DNA of 32,349 nt from a virus. Lineage: Duplodnaviria; Heunggongvirae; Uroviricota; Caudoviricetes. Each line of letters starts with the position of its first letter. The stretch's first letter is position 1. The position numbers and the translations under genes are program-made. Positions 17,703 through 27,952 of the stretch are shown here, piece after piece. The notes beneath the pieces were generated by a model. The model saw only the letters and a list, made by a program, of their open reading frames with translations, was not told the origin of the DNA and did not search any database. The stretch lies in the IMG/VR virus record IMGVR_UViG_2917865565_000006, positions 1 to 32,349 of that record; one strand, written 5' to 3'.

Positions 17703-18199
17703 TGCCGGTAATTAACACGCATCAGAATATCGCCGCCTTTCTCGACATGCTGGCGGTGTCCGAAGGGACGGCGAATCATCCGCTGACGAAAAACCGGGGC
17801 TATGACGTGATAGTCACCGGACTGGACGGGAAGCCGGAAATTTTCACCGACTATAGTGACCACCCGTTCGCGCATGGCCGACCGGCGAAGGTGTTTAACC
17901 GTCGCGGTGAAAAATCCACGGCCTCCGGTCGCTATCAGCAGCTTTACCTGTTCTGGCCGCACTACCGCAAACAGCTTGCCCTGCCGGATTTCAGTCCGTT
18001 GTCACAGGACAGGCTCGCCATTCAGTTGATCCGCGAACGCGGTGCGCTGGAGGACATCCGGGCGGGACGCATTGAGCGCGCCATTTCACGCTGTCGCAAT
18101 ATCTGGGCGTCCCTGCCGGGTGCCGGTTACGGTCAGCGTGAGCATTCACTGGAAAAACTGGTCACCGTCTGGCGTACCGCTGGCGGCGTACCGGCTTAA
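17702..18199 (+). CDS. K: Endolysin gpK (165 aa)
   Basis: Follows the holin; length equals P2 K; lysis-cassette position. Confidence 0.85.
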   Translation: MPVINTHQNIAAFLDMLAVSEGTANHPLTKNRGYDVIVTGLDGKPEIFTDYSDHPFAHGRPAKVFNRRGEKSTASGRYQQLYLFWPHYRKQLALPDFSPLSQDRLAIQLIRERGALEDIRAGRIERAISRCRNIWASLPGAGYGQREHSLEKLVTVWRTAGGVPA

Positions 18200-18213
18200 A
18201 CGGAGTAAACACC

Positions 18214-18639
18214 ATGAAGAAATTATCCCTTTCACTGATGCTGAACGTGTCGCTGGCACTGATGCTGGCACTGTCCCTGATTTACCCGCAGAGCGTGGCC
18301 GTCAGTTTTGTCGCTGCCTGGGCGATTCTGGCGACGGTTATCTGTGTGGTTGCCGGTGGTGTCGGCGTGTATGCCACTGAGTATGTGCTGGAACGCTACG
18401 GACGGGAGCTGCCGCCGGAATCGCTGGCCGTGAAGATTGTCACGTCGCTGTTTTTGCAGCCGGTGCCGTGGCGCAGACGGGCGGCGGCTCTGGTGGTGAT
18501 GGTGGCGACGTTTATCTCGCTGGTCGCTGCCGGGTGGATTTTTACCGCACTGATTTATCTCGTGGCATCGCTGTTTTTCCGGCTGATACGTACGGCCTGT
18601 CGTCAGCGTTTTGAGGGGCGGGAACTATGTCAAAGCTGA
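18214..18639 (+). CDS. lysA: Lysis regulator LysA, membrane protein (141 aa)
   Basis: Multi-pass hydrophobic protein after K; length equals P2 LysA. Confidence 0.8.
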   Translation: MKKLSLSLMLNVSLALMLALSLIYPQSVAVSFVAAWAILATVICVVAGGVGVYATEYVLERYGRELPPESLAVKIVTSLFLQPVPWRRRAAALVVMVATFISLVAAGWIFTALIYLVASLFFRLIRTACRQRFEGRELCQS

Positions 18640-19052
18640 TGATTGTGCTGGTCGTGTTGTTATCACTGGCGGTGGCGGGGCTGTTTCTGGCGAAGCATGA
18701 AAACGCCAGACTGCGCGCCTCGCTGGGCAGGGCGAACAACGTCGCCAGCGGGCAGCAGACGACCATCACCATGCTGAAAAATCAGCTTCATGTTGCCCTC
18801 ACCAGGGCAGACAAAAACGAGCTGGCGCAGGTGGCACTGCGTCAGGAACTGGAGAACGCCGCGAAACGTGAAGCACAGCGCGAGAAAACCATCACGAGGT
18901 TACTTAATGAAAACGAGGATTTTCGCCGCTGGTATGGCGCTGACCTGCCTGATGCTGTGCGCCGGTTGCACCAGCGTCCGGCCTGCACTGACGCCAGTGA
19001 TTGTCGCCAACGCCTGCCCGAAAGTGAGCCTTTGCCCGATGCCGGGCAGTGA
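18627..19052 (+). CDS. lysB: LysB, Rz-like inner-membrane spanin (141 aa)
   Basis: N-terminal transmembrane helix followed by charged helical region; position after lysA. Confidence 0.8.
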   Translation: MSKLMIVLVVLLSLAVAGLFLAKHENARLRASLGRANNVASGQQTTITMLKNQLHVALTRADKNELAQVALRQELENAAKREAQREKTITRLLNENEDFRRWYGADLPDAVRRLHQRPACTDASDCRQRLPESEPLPDAGQ

Positions 19053-19197
19053 CCCGCAGACGAACGGCGATTTAAGTGCCGATATCCGGCAGCTTGAGAA
19101 CGCGCTGGCACGCTGTGCCAGCCAGGTAAAAATGATTAAACACTGTCAGGACGAAAACGATGCTCAAACCCGACAGCCTGCGCAGGGCGCTGACTGA
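18907..19197 (+). CDS. lysC: LysC, Rz1-like outer-membrane lipoprotein spanin (96 aa from ATG 18907), starting inside lysB in another frame and extending past its stop
   Basis: Alternate-frame ORF with signal peptide and lipobox (LCAGC) beginning MKTRIFAAGMALTCLMLCAGC; overlaps lysB and the start of R. Confidence 0.75.
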   Translation: MKTRIFAAGMALTCLMLCAGCTSVRPALTPVIVANACPKVSLCPMPGSDPQTNGDLSADIRQLENALARCASQVKMIKHCQDENDAQTRQPAQGAD

Positions 19198-19627
19198 TGC
19201 CGTCACGGTGCTGAAAACCAGTCCCGAGATGCTGCGGATTTTCGTGGATAACGGGAGTATTGCCTCCACACTGGCGGCGTCGTTGTCATTCGAAAAGCGT
19301 TACACGCTCAATGTGATTGTGACCGACTTTACCGGTGATTTTGACCTGCTCATTGTGCCGGTGCTGGCGTGGCTGCGGGAAAATCAGCCCGACATCATGA
19401 CCACCGACGAAGGCCAGAAAAAGGGCTTCACGTTTTATGTAGACATCAACAATGACAGCAGCTTTGATATCAGTATCAGCCTGATGCTGACCGAGCGCAC
19501 GCTGGTCAGTGAGGTTGGCGGCGCACTGCATGTGAAGAATATCCCGGAACCCCCGCCGCCGGAGCCGGTCACCCGCCCGATGGAGCTTTATATCAATGGC
19601 GAACTGGTGAGCAAGTGGGATGAATGA
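19160..19627 (+). CDS. R: Tail completion protein gpR (155 aa)
   Basis: Synteny and length match P2 R. Confidence 0.85.
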   Translation: MLKPDSLRRALTDAVTVLKTSPEMLRIFVDNGSIASTLAASLSFEKRYTLNVIVTDFTGDFDLLIVPVLAWLRENQPDIMTTDEGQKKGFTFYVDINNDSSFDISISLMLTERTLVSEVGGALHVKNIPEPPPPEPVTRPMELYINGELVSKWDE

Positions 19628-20072
19628 GTTTAAGCGTTTTGAAGACCGGCTGGCGGGACTTATTGAATCGCTGTCACCGTCAGGGCGTCGGCGACTGAGC
19701 GCCGAACTGGCGAAACGTCTGCGTCAGAGTCAGCAGCGCCGGGTGATGGCACAGAAAGCTCCGGACGGCACACCCTACGCGCCACGCCAGCAGCAGAGCG
19801 CCAGAAAAAAGACCGGTCGCGTTAAGCGAAAAATGTTTGCGAAACTTATCACCAGTCGTTTTTTGCATATCCGCGCCAGCCCTGAACAGGCATCAATGGA
19901 GTTTTACGGCGGAAAGTCACCGAAAATCGCCAGTGTGCATCAGTTCGGCCTGTCGGAAGAAAACCGGAAAGACGGTAAGAAAATTGATTATCCGGCGCGT
20001 CCTCTGCTCGGCTTTACCGGTGAGGATGTGCAGATGATTGAAGAGATTATCCTTGCTCACCTCGACCGTTAG
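19620..20072 (+). CDS. S: Tail completion protein gpS (150 aa)
   Basis: Synteny and length match P2 S. Confidence 0.85.
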   Translation: MNEFKRFEDRLAGLIESLSPSGRRRLSAELAKRLRQSQQRRVMAQKAPDGTPYAPRQQQSARKKTGRVKRKMFAKLITSRFLHIRASPEQASMEFYGGKSPKIASVHQFGLSEENRKDGKKIDYPARPLLGFTGEDVQMIEEIILAHLDR

Positions 20073-20138
20073 TTGTGCCATTCCTGACACCTCATCGTCA
20101 CATTGCCGCCGGTATGACCCGGCGGCATCCTTCCCGTT

Positions 20139-20774
20139 ATGAACACTCTCGCAAATATTCAGGAACTCGCGCGCGCACTGCGCAACATGATCCGCACCGG
20201 CATTATCGTCGAAACCGACCTTAACGCCGGTCGCTGCCGTGTGCAGACCGGCGGTATGTGCACCGACTGGCTTCAGTGGCTGACCCATCGCGCAGGACGT
20301 TCGCGCACATGGTGGGCACCTTCCGTGGGGGAACAGGTGCTGATTCTGGCCGTGGGCGGTGAACTCGACACGGCGTTCGTTCTGCCGGGGATTTATTCCG
20401 GCGATAACCCCGCGCCGTCTGCGTCGGCGGATGCCCTGCATATCCGTTTCCCTGACGGGGCGGTGATTGAGTATGAACCTGAAACCAGTGCACTCACGGT
20501 AAGCGGAATTAAAACGGCCAGCGTGACGGCTTCTGATTCTGTTACTGCCACGGTGCCGGTGGTCACGGTGAAAGCATCAACCCGCGTCACTCTGGACACG
20601 CCGGAGGTGGTCTGCACAAACAGGCTGATCACCGGCACGCTGGAAGTGCAGAAGGGCGGGACGATGCGCGGCAACATTGAACACACCGGTGGTGAACTTT
20701 CATCAAACGGTAAGGTACTGCATACCCATAAACACCCCGGCGACAGCGGCGGCACAACCGGGAGTCCTTTATGA
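20139..20774 (+). CDS. V: Baseplate spike/assembly protein gpV (211 aa)
   Basis: Synteny and length match P2 V. Confidence 0.85.
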   Translation: MNTLANIQELARALRNMIRTGIIVETDLNAGRCRVQTGGMCTDWLQWLTHRAGRSRTWWAPSVGEQVLILAVGGELDTAFVLPGIYSGDNPAPSASADALHIRFPDGAVIEYEPETSALTVSGIKTASVTASDSVTATVPVVTVKASTRVTLDTPEVVCTNRLITGTLEVQKGGTMRGNIEHTGGELSSNGKVLHTHKHPGDSGGTTGSPL

Positions 20775-21118
20775 CAGCGCGTTATCTCGGAATGAGTCGC
20801 AGTGATGGCCTGACTGTCACTGACCTTGAGCATATCAGCCAGAGTATCGGCGATATCCTGCGTACACCGGTCGGCTCACGGGTGATGCGTCGTGATTACG
20901 GCTCGTTGCTGGCGTCAATGATTGACCAGCCGCAGACCCCGGCGCTTGAGTTGCAGATTAAGGTCGCCTGTTACATGGCGGTGCTGAAATGGGAACCCCG
21001 CGTCACCCTGTCATCCGTCACCACGGCGCGCAGTTTTGACGGGCGAATGACGGTCACGTTAACCGGTCAGCACAACGACACCGGTCAGCCACTTTCGTTA
21101 ACCATCCCTGTGAGTTGA
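20771..21118 (+). CDS. W: Baseplate protein gpW (115 aa)
   Basis: Overlaps the V stop; length matches P2 W. Confidence 0.85.
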   Translation: MTARYLGMSRSDGLTVTDLEHISQSIGDILRTPVGSRVMRRDYGSLLASMIDQPQTPALELQIKVACYMAVLKWEPRVTLSSVTTARSFDGRMTVTLTGQHNDTGQPLSLTIPVS

Positions 21119-21122
21119 AACC

Positions 21123-22031
21123 ATGCCGATTATCGACCTGAACCAGCTACCCGCACCGGATGTGGTCGAGGAGCTGGACTTTGAAACCATTCTTGCCGAA
21201 CGCAAGGCGACACTGATTTCCCTTTACCCGGAAGACCAGCAGGAGGCGGTCGCCCGTACCCTGACGCTGGAATCGGAGCCTCTCGTCAAACTGCTGGAAG
21301 AAAATGCTTATCGTGAGCTTATCTGGCGTCAGCGTGTGAATGAGGCCGCACGGGCGGTGATGCTGGCCTGTGCCGCCGGTAATGACCTTGATGTGATTGG
21401 TGCCAATTACAACACCACACGCCTGATTATCATCCCGGCAGATGATTCGACCATCCCGCCGACACCGGCAGTGATGGAATCTGACACCGATTATCGTCTG
21501 CGTATTCAGCAGGCGTTTGAAGGTTTAAGCGTTGCCGGGTCGGTGGGAGCCTATCAGTATCATGGTCGCAGTGCCGACGGGCGTGTCGCGGATATCTCTG
21601 TCACCAGTCCGTCTCCGGCCTGTGTCACTATCTCCGTGCTGTCCCGAGAAAATAACGGTGTCGCATCCGAAGACCTGCTGGCTGTGGTGCGTAACGCTCT
21701 TAATGGCGAGGACGTCAGGCCGGTGGCTGACCGTGTGACCGTGCAGTCTGCCGCCATTGTTGAATACCAGATAAACGCCACGCTGTATCTTTACCCTGGT
21801 CCAGAAAGCGAACCCATCCGCGCCGCCGCCGTGAAAAAACTGGAAGCGTACATCACGGCACAGCACCGGCTGGGGCGCGACATTCGTCTGTCTGCCATTT
21901 ATGCCGCTTTGCATGTGGAAGGCGTGCAGCGTGTCGAACTGACTGCACCGCTGGCTGACATCGTGCTCAACAGTACGCAGGCGTCTTTCTGCACCGAATA
22001 CAGCGTCGTGACCGGAGGCTCGGATGAGTGA
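21123..22031 (+). CDS. J: Baseplate protein gpJ (302 aa)
   Basis: Synteny and length match P2 J. Confidence 0.85.
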   Translation: MPIIDLNQLPAPDVVEELDFETILAERKATLISLYPEDQQEAVARTLTLESEPLVKLLEENAYRELIWRQRVNEAARAVMLACAAGNDLDVIGANYNTTRLIIIPADDSTIPPTPAVMESDTDYRLRIQQAFEGLSVAGSVGAYQYHGRSADGRVADISVTSPSPACVTISVLSRENNGVASEDLLAVVRNALNGEDVRPVADRVTVQSAAIVEYQINATLYLYPGPESEPIRAAAVKKLEAYITAQHRLGRDIRLSAIYAALHVEGVQRVELTAPLADIVLNSTQASFCTEYSVVTGGSDE

Positions 22032-22554
22032 TTCGCGACTGCTGCCGACCGGCTCATCACCGCTTGAGGTCGCCGCCGCAAAAGCCTGTGCGGAAATTGA
22101 AAAAACACCGGTCAGTATTCGTGAGCTGTGGAACCCGGACTCCTGTCCGGCAAATCTGCTGCCGTGGCTGGCGTGGGCGTTTTCGGTCGACAGGTGGGAT
22201 GAAAAGTGGCCGGAAGCGACAAAACGCGCCGTTATCCGCGATGCCTATTTCATCCACTGTCATAAAGGCACTATCGGCGCAATCCGGCGTGTGGTGGAGC
22301 CGCTCGGCTATCTCATTAACGTAAAGGAATGGTGGGAGACAAACGACCCGCCCGGAACCTTCCGCCTTGATATCGGCGTACTGGAAAGCGGCATCACGGA
22401 GGAGATGTATCTGGAAATGGAACGGCTGATTGCCGATGCCAAACCCGCAAGTCGCCACCTTATCGGTCTGAACATTATCCAGGACATTCCCGGCTATCTG
22501 TATACAGGCGGTGTGGTCTGTGATGGTGATGTTATTACTGTTTATCCCGGATAA
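22024..22554 (+). CDS. I: Baseplate protein gpI (176 aa)
   Basis: Synteny and length match P2 I. Confidence 0.85.
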   Translation: MSDSRLLPTGSSPLEVAAAKACAEIEKTPVSIRELWNPDSCPANLLPWLAWAFSVDRWDEKWPEATKRAVIRDAYFIHCHKGTIGAIRRVVEPLGYLINVKEWWETNDPPGTFRLDIGVLESGITEEMYLEMERLIADAKPASRHLIGLNIIQDIPGYLYTGGVVCDGDVITVYPG

Positions 22555-22564
22555 GTGAGAAACA

Positions 22565-25087
22565 ATGAGCACGAAATTTAAAACCGTTATCACTACTGCC
22601 GGAGCCGCAAAGCTGGCAGCCGCCACTGTCCCCGGCGGGAAAAAAGTAAACCTGTCTGCAATGGCCGTGGGTGACGGTAATGGCAAATTACCGGTGCCGG
22701 ATGCCGGTCAGACGAAACTGGTGCATGAGGTCTGGCGTCACGCTCTGAATAAAGTCAGCGTGGATAACAAGAATAAAAACTATATCGTGGCTGAACTGGT
22801 TGTACCGCCCGAAGTGGGCGGCTTCTGGATGCGTGAGCTTGGTCTGTATGACGATGCCGGAACACTGATTGCGGTATCCAACATGGCAGAAAGCTATAAG
22901 CCAGAACTGGCTGAAGGCTCCGGACGTGCGCAGACCTGCCGCATGGTTATTATTCTCAGCAACGTGGCGTCCGTTGAACTGAGTATTGATGCCAGCACGG
23001 TGATGGCGACGCAGGATTACGTCGATGACAAAATCGCAGAGCATGAGCAGTCCCGCCGCCATCCTGACGCCACGCTGACAGAAAAAGGCTTTACTCAGTT
23101 AAGCAGTGCAACAAACAGCACCAGTGAGTCATTGGCGGCAACGCCAAAAGCGGTCAAGGCAGCAAATGACAACGCAAATTCACGTCTGGCGAAAAATCAG
23201 AATGGTGCAGATATCCAGGATAAATCAGCTTTTCTGGACAATGTTGGCGTTACCAGCCTGACGTTTATGAAAAACAATGGCGAAATGCCGGTTGATGCTG
23301 ATCTGAATACGTTTGGTCCTGTTAAGGCTTATGTGGGTGTCTGGTATAAATCCACATCCTCCAACGCAACACTGGAGAAAAATTTCCCTGAAGACGGTGC
23401 AGTCGGTGTTCTTGAGGTATTCAATGGCGGTAATTTTGCAGGAATGCAGCGTTATACCACCAGAACTGGCAATGTTTATATGCGCAACCTTTCTGGCACC
23501 TGGAATGGCTCAGACGGTCCGTGGAGCTACTGGCGTCAGATTCAGTCAGCAACACGCCCCCTGAGTACAACCATTGACCTGAACACGCTCGGAGACGCAG
23601 AGCATCTTGGCTTATGGCGAAACAGTAGTGGCTCTATCGCTTCATTTGACCGCAACTATCCGGAAGAAGGAAGTTATGGTCAGGGACTCCTTGAAGTTCT
23701 TGAAGGTGGTGGGTACTCACGCATGCAACGCTACACGACCCGCCGTGGGAATGTATATGTTCGCTGCCTTTCTGCTACATGGAATGCAGAGAATCCACAG
23801 TGGGAACCGTGGTTAAGAGTCGGTCATCAGTCAGAGAGTCGTTATTACGACGGGGATTTGAATGATGTGACTTCACCAGGTATTTACAGCGTTACAGGGA
23901 AGGCGACAAACGGTCCAATGCAGGATACCGCTGGAGCGACACTGCTTGGGATACTGGAAGTAATCAGACGTTTTGATGGTGTATCTGTCTGGCAGCGTTA
24001 CACAACCACAGGGAAAGCAGAAACCACAAAGGGGCGCACTTTTGAGCGCATCTACGCCGGGAGCACATGGACTGAATGGCGAGAAGTATATAACTCCTTT
24101 TCGTTGCCCCTGAATCTGGGTATCGGCGGTGCAGTGGCAAAACTCACCAGCCTGGACTGGCAGACCTACGATTTTGTGCCGGGCAGTCTGATAACCGTTC
24201 GGCTTGATAACATGACCAATATTCCCGACGGTATGGACTGGGGCGTCATTGATGGCAACCTGATAAACATCTCAGTCGGTCCGAGTGATGATTCCGGTAC
24301 GGGGCGCTCAATGCATGTGTGGCGCAGCACTGTAAGTAAAGCGAACTACCGCTTTTTTATGGTGCGTATTTCAGGAAATCCGGGAAGCCGCACGATCACG
24401 ACAAGACGTGTGCCAATTATCGACGAAGCTCAGACATGGGCGGCGAAACAAACCTTCAGCGCCGGTCTTTCAGGCGAACTGTCCGGCAATGCTGCTACAG
24501 CTACAAAGCTGAAAACGGCACGAAATATTAATGGTGTCAAATTTGATGGCACCGGCGATATAAATATTAATACGCTGGTATCCCGGAATCGCGTCACAGC
24601 ATTAAGCGGGAGTGCAAAGGGGACGCCTGGTATTCAGATGTATGAGGCATATAACAATGGCTACCCTTACGCCTATGGCAATGTGCTTCATCTTACGGGA
24701 GTGTCCGCAGTTGGAGAAGGTGAGTTACTTATCGGCTGGAGCGGCACCAGTGGAGGTTACGCGCCAGCATATATCCGTTCAAGGCGGGATACAGATGATG
24801 CTCAATGGTCTGGATGGGCGCAAATTTATACGACAGCTCATAAACCATCGGCAGGTGATATTGGTGCTTATACTCAGGCGGAATGTAATTCGCGTTTTAT
24901 TACAGGTATTCGCTTAGGTGGTTTGTCATCCCTTCCAACGTGGAATGGTACTGGCTGGCATGACAGGTCAGGGCATGTTCTTACTGGTGTCGTCAATAGT
25001 AATACTGATGAATTAATTGATATCGCGCAGGCAAGACCTGTTCAGTATTGTATTAATGGCACATGGTATAACGCAGGGAGTATTTAA
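22565..25087 (+). CDS. H: Tail fiber protein gpH (840 aa, longer than the 669 aa I recall for P2 H), with three tandem repeat modules in the distal half
   Basis: N-terminus typical of P2-family fibers; three roughly 75-aa repeats each containing a QRYTT..GNVY/..TW-type core (about 23330-24095). Confidence 0.85.
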   Translation: MSTKFKTVITTAGAAKLAAATVPGGKKVNLSAMAVGDGNGKLPVPDAGQTKLVHEVWRHALNKVSVDNKNKNYIVAELVVPPEVGGFWMRELGLYDDAGTLIAVSNMAESYKPELAEGSGRAQTCRMVIILSNVASVELSIDASTVMATQDYVDDKIAEHEQSRRHPDATLTEKGFTQLSSATNSTSESLAATPKAVKAANDNANSRLAKNQNGADIQDKSAFLDNVGVTSLTFMKNNGEMPVDADLNTFGPVKAYVGVWYKSTSSNATLEKNFPEDGAVGVLEVFNGGNFAGMQRYTTRTGNVYMRNLSGTWNGSDGPWSYWRQIQSATRPLSTTIDLNTLGDAEHLGLWRNSSGSIASFDRNYPEEGSYGQGLLEVLEGGGYSRMQRYTTRRGNVYVRCLSATWNAENPQWEPWLRVGHQSESRYYDGDLNDVTSPGIYSVTGKATNGPMQDTAGATLLGILEVIRRFDGVSVWQRYTTTGKAETTKGRTFERIYAGSTWTEWREVYNSFSLPLNLGIGGAVAKLTSLDWQTYDFVPGSLITVRLDNMTNIPDGMDWGVIDGNLINISVGPSDDSGTGRSMHVWRSTVSKANYRFFMVRISGNPGSRTITTRRVPIIDEAQTWAAKQTFSAGLSGELSGNAATATKLKTARNINGVKFDGTGDININTLVSRNRVTALSGSAKGTPGIQMYEAYNNGYPYAYGNVLHLTGVSAVGEGELLIGWSGTSGGYAPAYIRSRRDTDDAQWSGWAQIYTTAHKPSAGDIGAYTQAECNSRFITGIRLGGLSSLPTWNGTGWHDRSGHVLTGVVNSNTDELIDIAQARPVQYCINGTWYNAGSI

Positions 25088-25617
25088 TGATGATGCATTT
25101 AAAAAATATTAAGGCAGGGAATCCAAAAACTATTGAACAATATGAATTAACCAAACGATTTAATATTGTCTGGCTATGGTCAGATGATGGTAAAAACTGG
25201 TATGAGGAACAAAAGAATTTCCAGCCAGACACTTTAAAAATGGCCTACGACGAGAACGGTATTATTCGTTGCATTGAGAAAGATGTGTCAATGCTCAACC
25301 CTGATGGCTTGAGTGTTGTTGAGTTACCGAATATAACCGCCAACCGTCGCGCTGATATTTCAGGTAACTGGATGTTCAAAGATGACACTGTAATTAAACG
25401 TGTATATACGGATGCAGAACGGCAGCAGCAAGCCGAAGTCCGAAAGTCAACCTTGCTTGCAGAAGCTGAGGCATTGATTCAGCCGCTGGAGCGTGCGGTC
25501 AGGCTGAATATGGCAACAGATGAGGAGCGCAGCCGACTGGAGGCATGGGAACGCTACAGCGTTCTGGTCAGTCGTGTGGATCCTGCAAATCCTGAATGGC
25601 CGGAACTACCACAATAA
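25087..25617 (+). CDS. G: Tail fiber assembly chaperone gpG (176 aa)
   Basis: Start overlaps the H stop (ATGA); AT-richer than the backbone; position matches P2 G. Confidence 0.8.
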   Translation: MMMHLKNIKAGNPKTIEQYELTKRFNIVWLWSDDGKNWYEEQKNFQPDTLKMAYDENGIIRCIEKDVSMLNPDGLSVVELPNITANRRADISGNWMFKDDTVIKRVYTDAERQQQAEVRKSTLLAEAEALIQPLERAVRLNMATDEERSRLEAWERYSVLVSRVDPANPEWPELPQ

Positions 25618-25621
25618 ATAC

Positions 25622-25650
25622 AGGCGGGCGGATTGCCCGCCTTTTCTTTA
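25622..25650 (+). terminator. Rho-independent terminator after G
   Basis: AGGCGGGC-GGATT-GCCCGCCT hairpin followed by TTTCTTTATCTGTTGTTT. Confidence 0.75.
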
Positions 25651-25746
25651 TCTGTTGTTTCATCCACTGACCAGTCAGGACAAATAGCGTCTCATGCCCT
25701 GTACAACTGAAAATACCACTCACCCATTAACCACGGAGTTAAACGG

Positions 25747-26937
25747 ATGAGTGATTATCATCACGGAGTGCAGGTGCTGGAGATTAACGACGGCACCCGC
25801 GTCATTTCCACCGTATCCACCGCCATTGTCGGCATGGTCTGCACGGCCAGCGATGCGGATGCGGAAACCTTCCCCCTCAATAAACCGGTGCTGATTACCA
25901 ATGTGCAGAGCGCAATTGCAAAGGCCGGTAAAAAAGGCACGCTGGCGGCATCGTTGCAGGCCATCGCCGACCAGTCAAAACCGGTCACCGTTGTCGTGCG
26001 CGTGGAAGACGGCACCGGCGACGACGAAGAAACGAAACTCGCGCAGACCGTTTCCAATATCATCGGCACCACTGACGAAAACGGTCAGTACACCGGACTG
26101 AAAGCCCTGCTGGCGGCGGAATCGGTAACCGGTGTTAAACCGCGTATTCTCGGTGTGCCGGGGCTGGATACCAAAGAGGTGGCTGTTGCACTGGCATCAG
26201 TCTGTCAGAAGCTGCGCGCTTTCGGGTATATCAGCGCATGGGGCTGTAAGACCATTTCCGAGGTGAAAGCTTACCGCCAGAATTTCAGCCAGCGTGAGCT
26301 GATGGTCATCTGGCCGGATTTCCTCGCATGGGATACGGTCACCAGTACCACCGCCACCGCGTATGCCACCGCCCGTGCGCTGGGGCTGCGTGCCAAAATC
26401 GACCAGGAGCAGGGATGGCATAAAACGCTGTCCAACGTCGGGGTGAACGGTGTTACCGGCATCAGCGCATCTGTATTCTGGGATTTGCAGGAGTCCGGCA
26501 CCGATGCTGACCTGCTGAACGAGTCAGGCGTCACAACGCTGATTCGCCGCGACGGTTTCCGCTTCTGGGGTAACCGTACCTGCTCTGATGACCCGCTGTT
26601 CCTCTTTGAAAACTACACCCGCACCGCGCAGGTGCTGGCCGACACGATGGCTGAAGCGCACATGTGGGCGGTGGACAAGCCCATCACCGCAACGCTGATT
26701 CGCGACATCGTTGACGGCATCAATGCCAAATTCCGTGAGCTGAAAACAAACGGCTATATCGTGGATGCGACCTGCTGGTTCAGCGAAGAATCCAACGATG
26801 CGGAAACCCTTAAGGCCGGAAAACTGTATATCGACTACGACTATACCCCGGTGCCTCCTCTTGAAAACCTGACCCTGCGCCAGCGTATTACCGATAAATA
26901 CCTGGCAAATCTGGTCACCTCGGTTAACAGCAATTAA
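25747..26937 (+). CDS. FI: Tail sheath protein gpFI (396 aa)
   Basis: Synteny and length match P2 FI. Confidence 0.9.
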   Translation: MSDYHHGVQVLEINDGTRVISTVSTAIVGMVCTASDADAETFPLNKPVLITNVQSAIAKAGKKGTLAASLQAIADQSKPVTVVVRVEDGTGDDEETKLAQTVSNIIGTTDENGQYTGLKALLAAESVTGVKPRILGVPGLDTKEVAVALASVCQKLRAFGYISAWGCKTISEVKAYRQNFSQRELMVIWPDFLAWDTVTSTTATAYATARALGLRAKIDQEQGWHKTLSNVGVNGVTGISASVFWDLQESGTDADLLNESGVTTLIRRDGFRFWGNRTCSDDPLFLFENYTRTAQVLADTMAEAHMWAVDKPITATLIRDIVDGINAKFRELKTNGYIVDATCWFSEESNDAETLKAGKLYIDYDYTPVPPLENLTLRQRITDKYLANLVTSVNSN

Positions 26938-26949
26938 GGAGCCTGACCG

Positions 26950-27468
26950 ATGGCAATGCCGCGCAAACTCAAGTTAATGAACGTCTTTCTGAACGGCTAC
27001 AGCTATCAGGGCGTTGCAAAGTCCGTCACGCTGCCAAAACTGACCCGTAAGCTCGAAAACTATCGCGGTGCGGGGATGAACGGCAGCGCACCGGTAGACC
27101 TCGGCCTTGATGACGATGCGCTGTCAATGGAGTGGTCGCTCGGGGGCTTCCCGGATTCGGTTATCTGGGAGCTTTACGCCGCAACCGGCGTGGATGCCGT
27201 GCCGATTCGTTTTGCAGGCTCTTACCAGCGCGACGATACCGGCGAAACGGTGGCCGTCGAAGTGGTCATGCGTGGCCGTCAGAAAGAAATCGACACCGGT
27301 GAGGGTAAACAGGGAGAAGACACCGAGTCGAAAATCTCCGTGGTCTGCACCTATTTCCGGCTGACGATGGACGGTAAGGAGCTGGTCGAAATCGACACCA
27401 TCAACATGATTGAGAAGGTGAACGGCATCGACCGGCTGGAGCAACACCGCCGCAATATCGGCCTGTGA
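26950..27468 (+). CDS. FII: Tail tube protein gpFII (172 aa)
   Basis: Synteny and length match P2 FII. Confidence 0.9.
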   Translation: MAMPRKLKLMNVFLNGYSYQGVAKSVTLPKLTRKLENYRGAGMNGSAPVDLGLDDDALSMEWSLGGFPDSVIWELYAATGVDAVPIRFAGSYQRDDTGETVAVEVVMRGRQKEIDTGEGKQGEDTESKISVVCTYFRLTMDGKELVEIDTINMIEKVNGIDRLEQHRRNIGL

Positions 27469-27524
27469 TTTTCATCCGGTCAGCCAGGCTGACCGGTTAA
27501 CCCTGATTCAGAAGTGAGAAAACC

Positions 27525-27800
27525 ATGAACAAAGAAAATGTCATTACCCTGGAAAATCCGGTCAAGCGTGGTGAGCAGGTCATCGAACAGGTCACGCTGA
27601 TGAAACCCAATGCCGGGACGCTGCGCGGTGTCAGTCTGGCAGCGGTCGCAAACTCCGAAGTCGATGCACTGATTAAGGTGTTGCCGCGCATGACGGCACC
27701 GATGCTGACCGAGCAGGAAGTCGCCGCACTGGAACTGCCTGACCTTGTGGCGCTGGCCGGTAAGGTGGTCGGTTTTTTGTCGCCGAACTCGGTGCAGTGA
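27525..27800 (+). CDS. E: Tail assembly chaperone gpE (91 aa)
   Basis: Small ORF between the tube and tape-measure genes; ends just after a GGTTTTTTG slippery heptamer. Confidence 0.85.
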   Translation: MNKENVITLENPVKRGEQVIEQVTLMKPNAGTLRGVSLAAVANSEVDALIKVLPRMTAPMLTEQEVAALELPDLVALAGKVVGFLSPNSVQ

Positions 27801-27952
27801 CGTTTCCGAAAAATCTCTCGGTCGATGACCTGATGGCGGATGTGGCAGTGATATTTCACTGGCCGCCATCAGAACTGTATCCCATGAGCCTGACCGAACT
27901 CATCACATGGCGCGAAAAGGCGCTCCGGCGAAGCGGAAACACGAATGAGTAA
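27525..27952 (+). CDS. E': gpE+E' frameshift fusion product (about 142 aa) made by programmed -1 ribosomal frameshift at 27771-27779
   Basis: Slippery T6G at the end of E; the -1 frame stays open to TAA at 27950-27952 (...FVAELGAVTFPKNLSVDDLMADVAVIFHWPPSELYPMSLTELITWREKALRRSGNTNE), overlapping the T start. Confidence 0.75.

Noticed and set aside
22565-25617. Possible invertible tail-fiber segment or diversity-generating retroelement in H/G
   Set aside because: No invertase (Cin/Gin-like) gene, no reverse transcriptase and no flanking inverted crossover repeats were seen; the repeats are tandem coding repeats.
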